From Obrimoposthia wandeli (taxonomy: Eukaryota): 64,000 nucleotides of DNA. Both the position numbers and the translations under genes were made by a program. Location of the stretch: positions 1 through 64,000 of the forward strand of contig CDROCS010003321.1 of assembly GCA_977020255.1 (NCBI GenBank), given 5' to 3'. Each line of letters opens with the position of its first letter. Positions within the stretch are counted from its first letter, which is position 1. Positions 53,476 to 62,462 of the stretch are shown one piece after another. A model generated the notes under the pieces. The model ran no database searches, was not told where the DNA came from, and saw only the letters and a list, made by a program, of their open reading frames with translations.

Positions 53476-54405
53476 ATGAGTAACGACCAGCAAACCACTG
53501 CACAATATATAACACAAGACATTAAAAACAGCTTTATGAACGCTCCTCTGCAAGCCCTTAGCCCAAGTGCTAAAGTGGTGATTCTTGGTCTACCTTACGA
53601 CTGCGGGTCAGACCCTCAACGCATTGGTGCACGCTTTGGTCCTGCCAGTATTCGACAACAATCTACTCTTATCAGTCTTTATGATGGAGCAAGCAATTTA
53701 AATCCCGTTGATTTATTGAAGCTGGTTGATTTAGGCGATGTGATCGTTGATCTTAAAGATATTCAACAAACCTATCATTCGATTGAAAACGCTATGACGC
53801 ATGCCATTAGCCAAGGTGCTGTGCCTATCACATTAGGGGGCGATGGCTCAGTTGCACTACCGCAAATGCGGGCGCTATCAAAACAGCATGACGATTTAGT
53901 TGTTCTACATATCGATGCACATACTGATGCATACCCACTAAGTGAATACTCCAACGCAACCCCTTTTACACATGCCGTGCATGAAGGGCTGATAGACCCG
54001 ACTAAGAGCTTTCATATAGGCAGACGAGGCAGTCATTTTATACCTAATGTTGTTAGCTACTGCAAAGAGCTAAAATATAACCTAATTGATATGCAAACAT
54101 TACTTGCCCGAGGAGTAAATGATGTCCTTAATGAAGTACATCAATGTATCGGTCAGCGGCCAGTGTATCTGTGTTTTGATATGGATTTTTTCGACCCAAG
54201 TGTCGCACCCGGTGTTTGTTCGCCTACCTTTGGCGGAGCAACCAGCAGAGAAGGTCTTGAGCTAATAAAAGGCTGTAAAGGTTTGAATATAGTGGCTGCA
54301 GATATAAACACCATTAGCCCACCGCATGATAAGCAAGGTATGGCAGCTTTGTTGGCTGCAACACTCGCCTATGAAATACTGCTGTTGCTGGCACAACGAG
54401 AATAA
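53476..54405 (+). CDS. Agmatinase/arginase-family ureohydrolase
   Basis: GARFGP, HIDAHTD and FDMDFFDP; GGDG in place of GGDH. Confidence 0.88.
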   Translation: MSNDQQTTAQYITQDIKNSFMNAPLQALSPSAKVVILGLPYDCGSDPQRIGARFGPASIRQQSTLISLYDGASNLNPVDLLKLVDLGDVIVDLKDIQQTYHSIENAMTHAISQGAVPITLGGDGSVALPQMRALSKQHDDLVVLHIDAHTDAYPLSEYSNATPFTHAVHEGLIDPTKSFHIGRRGSHFIPNVVSYCKELKYNLIDMQTLLARGVNDVLNEVHQCIGQRPVYLCFDMDFFDPSVAPGVCSPTFGGATSREGLELIKGCKGLNIVAADINTISPPHDKQGMAALLAATLAYEILLLLAQRE

Positions 54406-54554
54406 CTTTAACTATCTTAGCTAGTTTTAATCTTTATATATTGTTTTTACTACTTTTAAAAACAGACAGCTACATAATATTCTTAATGTGCTTTCTCAAG
54501 CTGTAAGATCATAGTTTGAGAAAGCACTGCTGATGCTTGCATATAGCCTAGAAA

Positions 54555-56444
54555 TTATTTATTAACTAGCGCGCTCAAATGCTGCTCTATCTCACCCAAG
54601 ATAGCTGGATCATCAATGGTCGAAGGTGTTTGATAGCTTTCATGCGCCGCTATTTTTCTAAGCACTGCTCGCAATATTTTACCAGAGCGGGTTTTAGGTA
54701 GACGCTGCACCACAAAAACATCTTTAAAACAAGCCAGCGCACCTATTTGCGCTCTTACTTTAGCCACCAGCTCTATTTGTAATTGCTCATTTGAAATATC
54801 TATCCCCGCTTTTAATACGACTAAACCAACCGGTATTTGACCTTTGAGGCTATCAACAGCACCTATAACAGCACACTCTGCTATAGCATCATGGCTAGAG
54901 ACCACCTCTTCCATTTCACCCGTAGATAAACGGTGTCCGGACACGTTAATAACATCATCTGTTCTACCGGTGATATAAATATAATCATCTTCATCTTTAT
55001 AACCACCGTCGCCTGTATGGTAGTAACCTTCAAACGTAGCAAGATACGCTTCATAATAGCGCTCAGGTTGATTCCAAATACTAGTAGATACACCAGGAGG
55101 TAATGGTAGCTTTAAACAAATATTGCCTACTTCCCCATCTGGCATTTCTTCCCCATCATCAGCAAGCACCGTAATATTATAGCCAGGGGTACATTTATTG
55201 GTAGAGCCTAATCTAGCGGCAGATGGATTGCTCCAACCCATCATAGGTGACGTCATTGGCCAGCCTGTCTCTGTTTGCCACCAATGATCTAAAATAGGCA
55301 CTTGCAGTAATTCACTTAACCATTGATAGGTAGAAGAATCTAATTTTTCCCCAGCTACAAACACCCAACGCAAACTGCTAAGATCATACTTTTTAACCAG
55401 ATCGCCCTGTGAATCCTCTTTGCGAATCGCTCTAAAAGCGGTGGGCGCACAGATCATCGAGTTAACTTTATATTCGTTAATTACTCGCCAAAATGCCCCC
55501 GCATCAGGTGTTCTTATTGGTTTGCCTTCATAAAAAACACTACTAGCGCCGCACATAAGTGGGCCATAAATAATAAAAGAGTGTCCAACAACCCAGCCTA
55601 TATCAGATGCCGCCCACCAAACATCCCCTTGGGACATCCCATAAACATCTGAAAATGCCATCTTTAATGCTACGGCATGACCGCCGTTATCACGCACAAT
55701 ACCTTTAGGTTTTCCGGTGGTGCCTGATGTATATAAAATATATAAAGGATCATTACTCTTTACAGTTACGCAATCAACAGGTGCTGCATTAGCCACAAAA
55801 TCACTCCAGCTTATATCACTTACTGGGTTTAACTCGGCCAACAATGATTCTCTTTGTAGTACGACCGTTTTCAAAGGCTTGATGGTGGCTAGCTGAATCG
55901 CTTTTTCAACTAATGGCTTATACGCAATCACTTTATCAAACTCGATACCGCAAGATGCCGTGATGATCAACTTCGCTTGCGCATCATCAATACGTACTGC
56001 TAGCTCGTTTGCTGCAAACCCCCCAAATACAACCGAGTGCACCGCACCAATGCGCGCGCAAGCGAGCATAGCAACCGCAGCTTCTGGCACCATTGGCATA
56101 TAGATAATAACTCTATCGCCCTTTTCAATGCCCATGTCACGCATAGCGCCGGCAAACACACTGACTTTTTGTTGCAACTGTAAATAGGTTATTTTTTGCT
56201 TCACATTGGTCGCGGGAGAATCGTAATAAAAAGCAACTTGTTCTCCAAGGCCATTGTCAACGTGTTGATCAACGGCTAAATAACAACTGTTTAGCTCACC
56301 ATCATCAAACCAGCTATAGGCATTGTTTGCTTGCTCGGTTAGCCCTAATGACGGTGCTTTAAACCAGTTTATTTGTGCTGATTTTTCTAGCCAATAATCA
56401 TTTGAGTGCTCAAGAGATTGCTTATATTGCTGTTTATAGTCCAT
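54555..56444 (-). CDS. prpE: Propionyl-CoA synthetase / acyl-CoA synthetase
   Basis: YTSGTTGKPKG, DHWWQTETG and KTRSGKILR; likely ATG at 56444. Confidence 0.8.
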   Translation of the reverse strand: MDYKQQYKQSLEHSNDYWLEKSAQINWFKAPSLGLTEQANNAYSWFDDGELNSCYLAVDQHVDNGLGEQVAFYYDSPATNVKQKITYLQLQQKVSVFAGAMRDMGIEKGDRVIIYMPMVPEAAVAMLACARIGAVHSVVFGGFAANELAVRIDDAQAKLIITASCGIEFDKVIAYKPLVEKAIQLATIKPLKTVVLQRESLLAELNPVSDISWSDFVANAAPVDCVTVKSNDPLYILYTSGTTGKPKGIVRDNGGHAVALKMAFSDVYGMSQGDVWWAASDIGWVVGHSFIIYGPLMCGASSVFYEGKPIRTPDAGAFWRVINEYKVNSMICAPTAFRAIRKEDSQGDLVKKYDLSSLRWVFVAGEKLDSSTYQWLSELLQVPILDHWWQTETGWPMTSPMMGWSNPSAARLGSTNKCTPGYNITVLADDGEEMPDGEVGNICLKLPLPPGVSTSIWNQPERYYEAYLATFEGYYHTGDGGYKDEDDYIYITGRTDDVINVSGHRLSTGEMEEVVSSHDAIAECAVIGAVDSLKGQIPVGLVVLKAGIDISNEQLQIELVAKVRAQIGALACFKDVFVVQRLPKTRSGKILRAVLRKIAAHESYQTPSTIDDPAILGEIEQHLSALVNK

Positions 56445-56869
56445 GATAATTCCACTATTGTAATGAGAGCTAAACACTGCCTCATAGTATTATTATTTAA
56501 AGTTGCGCCAGTAATAAGACAACCCCAATTTTACAACATTGTTAACAGAGTGATGTAAAACTGTAATTTATTATGTATTTTAAGTAGTGTAATTTAGATA
56601 TTGTCGACAATACATAGTGCTTTAGTCGTAAGCAGACAATCAAGCTACTATCTAATAATAAAATATAGCTTACTGGCTTAAAAGTGCAGTCTATTTATTT
56701 GAAATAGAGTAAAAAATGCGGGGGCGGTAGTCGAGGGATATCGGTTCATACTGGTTGAGTGCCGCTAGTGCTAAGAAACCTCTACAAATGACATAAAGCG
56801 GATATTTAACAGTTCGCATTGGGAAGAGCAAACTCAACTCAGCCGCTCATCCTGTCAACACTACTTATA

Positions 56870-57313
56870 TTAGAGAGATTTTTGATAATAGAGCAGCCTT
56901 CTATCATTACAACTTCCTTCTTTAAAGTATCTATATCCAAGCTTTTCATAAATATGTTTTCCTTTTACATTATCTTCATAAACATCCAGCCATATTCTTT
57001 TGAATCTGAGCTTCTCTCTGCAATAGTTTTCCATTCTTCCAATGGCTATTTGACCAATACCTCTTTGGCTTTGATCAATCAAAATTCTGCGAAATTCTAT
57101 CTCTTTTTTATCTTGATCAGAAGCCAAAATAAAATAGCCAGCTAACTCACCATTGCTGTTATCAATACTAAGATAAATTATATTGCAGTTTGAAAAATTT
57201 CTTTGATGCGTCATTAGATCAGTACTATTAATAAATTTCTTTGCATGGGGCTGTTGCTCCATTGCTACAAATTTCTCTAGCTCGGTTTCCTTTGACTCTC
57301 TGATGCTAACCAT
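56870..57313 (-). CDS. GNAT acetyltransferase (cassette-like)
   Basis: QRGIG...IWLDVYEDN...YEKLGY. Confidence 0.85.
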   Translation of the reverse strand: MVSIRESKETELEKFVAMEQQPHAKKFINSTDLMTHQRNFSNCNIIYLSIDNSNGELAGYFILASDQDKKEIEFRRILIDQSQRGIGQIAIGRMENYCREKLRFKRIWLDVYEDNVKGKHIYEKLGYRYFKEGSCNDRRLLYYQKSL

Positions 57314-57426
57314 GTCGTTTCTCTAATGCCGTCTCTGGCAATCTGTAGTGAGTGGTCATACTTCCTTGATAATATATTTTCGCTTTTGCTCTATTTCCAT
57401 CATAATATAAAAGTCTGGACTTGACA

Positions 57427-57577
57427 CAGGCTGTGTGAAAACTCCTAAAAGTATGTAAATTACGACTTCAATATGCTTCCATAATATTACTGAATGAATA
57501 GAATCAATGACTTAGATCACGTCTGTTTTCTTAAAAACAGGAAATTAGCGGTCTAATTTGAGTTTTCACACAGTCTG
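57427..57577. mobile_element. 151-bp MITE, copy A
   Basis: 18-bp TIRs CAGGCTGTGTGAAAACTC / GAGTTTTCACACAGTCTG flanked by a GACA duplication (57423-26, 57578-81). Confidence 0.85.
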
Positions 57578-57594
57578 GACACAAAGCGGCCATT

Positions 57595-57689
57595 TTTTAA
57601 CGCTTTGCAAAGCGGATAAAATGGTTGGCTATGATAGCAAGTAACAAGCACAACCAGCTTTTTGTGTCCGTTTGAGCAACTTGTATGTA
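57595..57689 (-). other. attC-like site (R'' degenerate)
   Basis: On the - strand: ACATAC-AAGTTGCTCAAACGGAC...CCGCTTTGCAAAGC-GTTAAAA, directly after the ORF stop. Confidence 0.65.
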
Positions 57690-57700
57690 AATATCGTACG

Positions 57701-58177
57701 CTAGCTACCGACAAAACCCGTCATTTCGCAGTATCGGGTATGATAAGGAATTTTATCTACTCCAAATGTTTTGAGCGTGTGAATTTCGCGATCACGCGAG
57801 GCACTTTTCAACAGCTGATTGAATAAGAAAGGCCCTTTGAGGGCACCATTATCGATGCAGTAATAGGAGTCACCGTCACTATATATGCAGACAATGTGGC
57901 CAGAATTAGCATCAATTCCCCAGCGGCCCCAGGCTACAAAGAGTAGTTCTGCATTCTCAATACCTACGCCTATAAGGCTGACAAGAGCAAAAGCAGCGAG
58001 GTCATAGCAGAAGCCGAAACCGTCGATGTTCGTTTCTTCTGGAGTTTTCCACCAACATCCATGTTGACGAGAAGCTTTGCGCTGTTCTTCAGTGGCATAT
58101 TGCAGGTGGGATTGCATATAACTGCTCACCTTTTCTGCAGAATTAAATCTTTCTAGTTTTGATTTGAAGCTGTCCAT
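57701..58177 (-). CDS. Hypothetical cassette protein, transglutaminase/papain-like triad candidate
   Basis: GFCYDLA (C), SGHIVC (H) and YCIDNG (D). Confidence 0.6.
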   Translation of the reverse strand: MDSFKSKLERFNSAEKVSSYMQSHLQYATEEQRKASRQHGCWWKTPEETNIDGFGFCYDLAAFALVSLIGVGIENAELLFVAWGRWGIDANSGHIVCIYSDGDSYYCIDNGALKGPFLFNQLLKSASRDREIHTLKTFGVDKIPYHTRYCEMTGFVGS

Positions 58178-58194
58178 GCTCTCTTTCCTGATTC

Positions 58195-58366
58195 ACATAA
58201 CATTATAATCGTGCGAATGCGCGTTTGTAAAAATAACAGGCACTTGTTATTTATTGTTACCAATTTTCGATCTATTGATAATGTGGCAGCTTATGCTTCT
58301 TTACCAGCAGAAACGCTCATAGGGATCAAAATTAAATGTGCAAACGCGCACGAATAATGAGTAAAT
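58195..58366 (-). other. Long attC-like hairpin
   Basis: Arms ATTCGTGCGCGTTTG / CAAACGCGCATTCGCACGA; ends in GTTATGT just before the RBS of ORF 58177. Confidence 0.45.
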
Positions 58367-58419
58367 CACAAATATGACTGTTTTTAAGACCAGCAATTGA
58401 GAGTAGAAATTTAGATTCA

Positions 58420-58497
58420 AAATGACCGCTTGAGGCCGTTTCCCGCCTCTAGTGCTTCATAGAGATAAAGGCAGGACCTGACACAAAGCGGCCGTTT
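58420..58497. repeat. Intact palindromic host repeat (empty IS and MITE target)
   Basis: AAATGACCGCTTGAGGCCG...GACACAAAGCGGCCGTTT; outer arms are imperfectly complementary. Confidence 0.75.
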
Positions 58498-58604
58498 TCC
58501 TATCTCAGAAAACGGTAATAAATTGCATAGATTCATAGAAAAACTTTCAAGTATTAACTGTTAGATTTTTTCGGTTAGAACAATAGTCACTTGTTATATG
58601 TATA

Positions 58605-58901
58605 TTAAGTTGGCCACTTTAAGCCGAACATATTTATGTTATCGATGTCTTTGTCTAGATTACCTACAGATAGAGATAATTGATAATCACAATTTTTTAG
58701 TATTTCTTTTTGATCACTTTGAACTAACTTAATACGAGGTAACCACTCATCTCTGATTTGAGGAAAAGAACCATCTTTACGCTTTAAGTAAAATTTAGCA
58801 TCTCGTTGGATAAGCTTTCCCGCAAATACAGCAACATCATCTTCGCCATTTTCATCTGTTGCCCAAAGGATTAATGCGAATGATTTATCAATAAACTCCA
58901 T
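58605..58901 (-). CDS. Hypothetical cassette protein (98 aa from ATG 58901)
   Basis: AAGGAAG RBS directly after an attC; the longer ORF-track start runs through the attC. Confidence 0.65.
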   Translation of the reverse strand: MEFIDKSFALILWATDENGEDDVAVFAGKLIQRDAKFYLKRKDGSFPQIRDEWLPRIKLVQSDQKEILKNCDYQLSLSVGNLDKDIDNINMFGLKWPT

Positions 58902-58914
58902 AACTTCCTTGTAT

Positions 58915-58995
58915 ATATAACGCTCGCGGCAGCGGAAACTGGACTTGAGCTGCGAAGCAACGTCCCAGATTACCGACTGACCGTGCTTGTTATAA
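58915..58995 (-). other. attC site
   Basis: On the - strand: TTATAAC-AAGCACGGTCAGTCGG...CCGCTGCCGCGAGC-GTTATAT. Confidence 0.8.
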
Positions 58996-59001
58996 GCTTT
59001 G

Positions 59002-59415
59002 CTACTTGTGGCCATAAATACGTAAGCCCCGATCGGTCCTCTCAATTTCGAACTCACCGATTGATGCCAAAATTGATTCAGCCTTCTCTACGTTCTGCTT
59101 GAAATTCATATATGGGATTTTTTCATATTGAGGGTTTTTACCAATTGTAGGAATCTCTACCCATTCAATTCGTCTATATGCAAATGGCCCGCCGCCCACA
59201 CCACAACCACCGACAAATTTTTCCATTAAATCTTCTTCGTCAAGAAAGGTGTCTCGGAACTCGTCATCATGATCTACAAACTTCCAATAAGCTTGCCTTA
59301 ATAGGAGAGGCTCCAAGGCAATAAATAGCTTTCTCCACTTAGCATTAGACATAAACGAAACTTTGAATTTTTTCTTTATCAATTTCTTTAAGTGTTCTTC
59401 CATTCGGGCTGGCAT
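59002..59415 (-). CDS. Hypothetical cassette protein (DUF6678-like)
   Basis: MSNAKWRKLF...YRRIEW...LRIYGHK; flanked by attC sites. Confidence 0.65.
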   Translation of the reverse strand: MPARMEEHLKKLIKKKFKVSFMSNAKWRKLFIALEPLLLRQAYWKFVDHDDEFRDTFLDEEDLMEKFVGGCGVGGGPFAYRRIEWVEIPTIGKNPQYEKIPYMNFKQNVEKAESILASIGEFEIERTDRGLRIYGHK

Positions 59416-59430
59416 AATTTTACCTAGAGC

Positions 59431-59506
59431 TTATAACGCTTTGCACACGGGCGCGTGAAACGCGTCCGAGCCCCAAAGGGGCTGAAGTGATGCAACTTTG
59501 TTATAT
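59431..59506 (-). other. attC site
   Basis: On the - strand: ATATAAC-AAAGTTGCATCACTTCAGCCCCTTTGGGGCTCGGACGCG...GTGCAAAGC-GTTATAA. Confidence 0.85.
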
Positions 59507-59513
59507 TTCCTTT

Positions 59514-59800
59514 ACTCATGAAACAAGTCCCAACTAATATCTATTTCTCTTTCAGCAAGTTTGATCATTTGTTATCTTTGATAATGTAGGGCCACCCTGA
59601 GAATAAACATAATAAACGCTAATTTCCATTTCGCAGTTTTTCTTTTTTAATCTTAAAATCGAATCTACGTTTGCCATAGCATTATCAATAACAAAATCTA
59701 TATGTCGTCTAACGCCTTTAGCACACGATTGTTGGAGCACGAAGTGCGGAGACAATTCGCTGTGCCTGAACTTGTTAAAACGGCGCCACAATTAACTTTG
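59514..59800 (-). pseudogene. Frameshifted cassette gene (DUF4279-like)
   Basis: ...CEMEISVYYVYSQGGPTLS continues in another frame as QMIKLAEREIDISWDLFHE*. Confidence 0.5.
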
Positions 59801-60051
59801 ATAATAACTGTAACGCAGTATTTTTTATTTGAGCAACGGCTGAATAAAAAAGCTGGCAGCCACCGCAATATTTATTAAAGCAACCCATAACGAACATTGT
59901 GAGTTTGCCGACTTCTACTATTTTTTTAGAGAGCAACTGGAACGGAACTATTGATATATGAATTAGCACTTTCCTTGATGCCGAATACTTTGTTAATGGC
60001 ACAGATTTTCTTATTTACTACTTACTTTGACTAAGCCTTAAGGCTAGCGCC

Positions 60052-60156
60052 TATTAACGCCGCCAGCAACCGCCAGAACATGTTGGCTGCTTTTTTGCGG
60101 TTTCTTGCAAAAAAGAAGACAACGTGTGGAGGTCGGCTTGACTGGCCTTGTTAAAT
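60052..60156 (-). other. attC site (long, VCR-like)
   Basis: On the - strand: ATTTAAC-AAGGCCAGTCAAGCCGACC...TTTTTTGCAAGAAACCGCAAAAAA...TTGCTGGCGGC-GTTAATA; the upstream stop overlaps R''. Confidence 0.85.
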
Positions 60157-60486
60157 GCAGGACTTAACAATATTTTCTTGCCCTGCATATATTTTATTTA
60201 GTCCAGCTAGTAATTCTTTGAATTTATCAAAGTTTTCTGGGAATTTAATGTGTTCCAGTTTGCCAGTAATGAGTGTTACACGTACGCCATCATTCGAAAT
60301 TGTACATTCCATTACTTGATTATGACTACCATTTATCTGGTCATCATATTCGAAATAAACACCATCTTCGGAACCAACATCCTCGGTTAGTCCTATTTGC
60401 CACATGAAGTATTTATCGCCCGCCCCAAGTAAAGAAACAACAAGTACATCATTTTCGATTAATTCAATTGGTAGCTCGTAACTCAT
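60151..60486 (-). CDS. Small acidic cassette protein, Imm10-like immunity candidate
   Basis: Acidic; VYFEYDDQINGSH...CTIS pattern recalls Imm10. Confidence 0.5.
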   Translation of the reverse strand: MSYELPIELIENDVLVVSLLGAGDKYFMWQIGLTEDVGSEDGVYFEYDDQINGSHNQVMECTISNDGVRVTLITGKLEHIKFPENFDKFKELLAGLNKIYAGQENIVKSCI

Positions 60487-60498
60487 ACATTATTGGCC

Positions 60499-60715
60499 AT
60501 TTAACAGCTTCATAGGCCGAAACATTCCGTGTTTAAACACGGAACCTTTCCGCCTATCATGTTTGATTAATTTAAAATAAATCAACAATAGCATTATATT
60601 TCAATTAGTCACGTTATTTTCAAGCTTATAGCTAGTGTAGAAATGCCGCACAGTTCCGCCTAACAAGCAAAACTTGTCCGCCTCAGCATTGACTGTATAA
60701 AAAACATATAGTAGT
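60499..60715. promoter_or_regulatory. Possible attI / PintI remnant
   Basis: GTTAAAT core (- strand) at 60499-505, a 20-bp palindrome at 60525-544, and TTGACTGTATAAAAAACAT (degenerate LexA-like) on the + strand. Confidence 0.4.
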
Positions 60716-60776
60716 TTTTTGGTTTTCACGCTTAAATGACCGCTTCAGGCCCTGAGTCATTCAGTCAAGAGTTTTG

Positions 60777-62015
60777 TTAGGATAATAGTGGAGAATTCCT
60801 CTTTCTCAAAGCTTGTAAATATTTTGTCTCATCGTAAGGTTTTCGATCTTTCCAGCATTTATAAATGATACGGATCCATTTGTACGCAAGCGCTCTTATA
60901 GCAACTTGATGAGAGTTACCTTTTGCTCGTTGTTTATCGTAGTACAGTGACGCCCAATAAGATGACTGAACTGTTTTAGCTGCCCATTCAACAATGGTTT
61001 GCCTTACAAATTTTGAGCACTGCCATCGCCAATGAATCCAAGTTTTTTGGCCACTACTAACGGTGACAGGAGCAACTCCCGTATAAGCTTGTAATTGTGC
61101 TGCATTATCAAAACGATCTCTGTCTTCACCAAAGGCAACAAGTAACCTAGGACCGAGACAAAGCCCTGCTCCAGGGAGTGATTGAAAAAGTTCTGAATCA
61201 TCCATCTTGTGGAAAAGGCTGGCAATTTTTTTATCAAATTCTCGGATAGAAATAGTGGCGGTTTTGACGAGGGATGCAAGCGACTTGGCAAGCAGTTGGT
61301 AAGGCTCAATAATTGCCACATCCTCTGTTAAATCCATTACCTTTTTGCGCTGCTCTAACCGATGTTCAAGGTTAACACTTGATTGACCACCATATGATTG
61401 AAAGAACTTACGTATCGTTTTTTCATGAGCGCGTTTAAAGCAATCTAGTGTAGGCCAGCGAATAATGAAATCACAAAAAAGCTCTGTATTTCGATGAGAA
61501 AACCAGTCCAAAGGTTGAGGATAGTAGTGTTTCAACGCGCTTATAAGCTGATTTACAAAGCGACGCTTGTCGTCCACTAAGCCTCTTCTTTTCTCAACTA
61601 GCACTTCAAGTGTTCTGATTGAAGCCCCTTGTCGCTCAAGGGGTTTAAATTTATCTGGATACTTGAGCAACAAGTCTAAGGCAATTTCAGCATCTCTAGG
61701 ATCGCTTTTAGCGCCACTGGCTGTAAATGTTTCTCTGTATTTTGCGAGTGTGGCAGCATGAATTGGAAATATGGTAACAAAAGGGTATTTTTGTAATGTA
61801 AAAACGATGGGGCCCTTGTTCAACTCAACTGCTATGGCAATTTTTCCTTTGCTTTGTTTATATAGAGAGTTTATCCATTGGTCGATGGACTCTGGAGAAT
61901 GAGCTATTACTTGGAGGTGACGTTGATTTTTACCCTTATTGTAAATACAAACGTCATGTTTTTTATCAGCCCAATCTAACCCTACATAAACAGCAAAATC
62001 GTTGATAGATTTCAT
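60777..62015 (-). CDS. IS110-family DEDD transposase/recombinase
   Basis: GLDWAD, AVE, KSDPRDA, LPGAG and GVAPVTVSSG. Confidence 0.95.
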   Translation of the reverse strand: MKSINDFAVYVGLDWADKKHDVCIYNKGKNQRHLQVIAHSPESIDQWINSLYKQSKGKIAIAVELNKGPIVFTLQKYPFVTIFPIHAATLAKYRETFTASGAKSDPRDAEIALDLLLKYPDKFKPLERQGASIRTLEVLVEKRRGLVDDKRRFVNQLISALKHYYPQPLDWFSHRNTELFCDFIIRWPTLDCFKRAHEKTIRKFFQSYGGQSSVNLEHRLEQRKKVMDLTEDVAIIEPYQLLAKSLASLVKTATISIREFDKKIASLFHKMDDSELFQSLPGAGLCLGPRLLVAFGEDRDRFDNAAQLQAYTGVAPVTVSSGQKTWIHWRWQCSKFVRQTIVEWAAKTVQSSYWASLYYDKQRAKGNSHQVAIRALAYKWIRIIYKCWKDRKPYDETKYLQALRKRNSPLLS

Positions 62016-62049
62016 ATTGATATCTCCTGTTAAAAAGGTGTTATCAAGT

Positions 62050-62230
62050 GTGCCTTAGCTCTGCGAAGCAAATATAGTCAGTAATTTGAAAGTGCGTGCC
62101 CTGAGTGTTCGTTATCGAGCAAAGGCGTAACTACAATATCGAAACAAAAGCGGTAAACATCGAATGTTCTTGGCCGTATATTCGTATATTGCAGCTACCA
62201 ACTTGGCAATCATATTATGAATGATTTTAA
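62050..62230 (-). ncRNA. Predicted bridge/seek RNA of the IS110 element (boundaries approximate)
   Basis: Contains donor-matching 9-mer and 12-mer segments and target-matching segments inside stem-flanked loops. Confidence 0.7.
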
Positions 62231-62298
62231 GTCTGAATGACTATATTTGGCCGATTTCAGCCACAGATTCAAACATTCGAATGAGTTGGGATTTGACA

Positions 62299-62449
62299 CA
62301 GACTGTGTAAAAACTCCTAAAACCATGTTGAAAACGCCTTTCATACACATCTTATAAAATATCGGGCTCATAAGATCAATAGCTTAGACTATAGCTATTT
62401 TTTCAAATGCCGCTAATTGACAGTTTAATCTGAGTTTTCACACAATCTG
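62299..62449. mobile_element. 151-bp MITE, copy B
   Basis: TIRs CAGACTGTGTAAAAACTC / GAGTTTTCACACAATCTG with a GACA duplication (62295-98, 62450-53). Confidence 0.85.
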
Positions 62450-62462
62450 GACAAAAGCGGAC

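Larger units (their letters stand above)
60748..62252 (-). mobile_element. IS110-family element with IS1111-like subterminal IRs
   Basis: GGCC core at both ends (60748-51, 62249-52); 12-bp sub-terminal IRs at 60755-66 and 62231-42 (11/12 match). Confidence 0.88.

Noticed and set aside
56804-56870. attC downstream of the GNAT gene
   Set aside because: The GTTAAAT core is present but R'' and stem complementarity are too weak to call
58902-59057. N-terminal extension of ORF 58605-59057 in the ORF track
   Set aside because: It runs through an attC and the upstream gene; a better RBS and ATG lie at 58901
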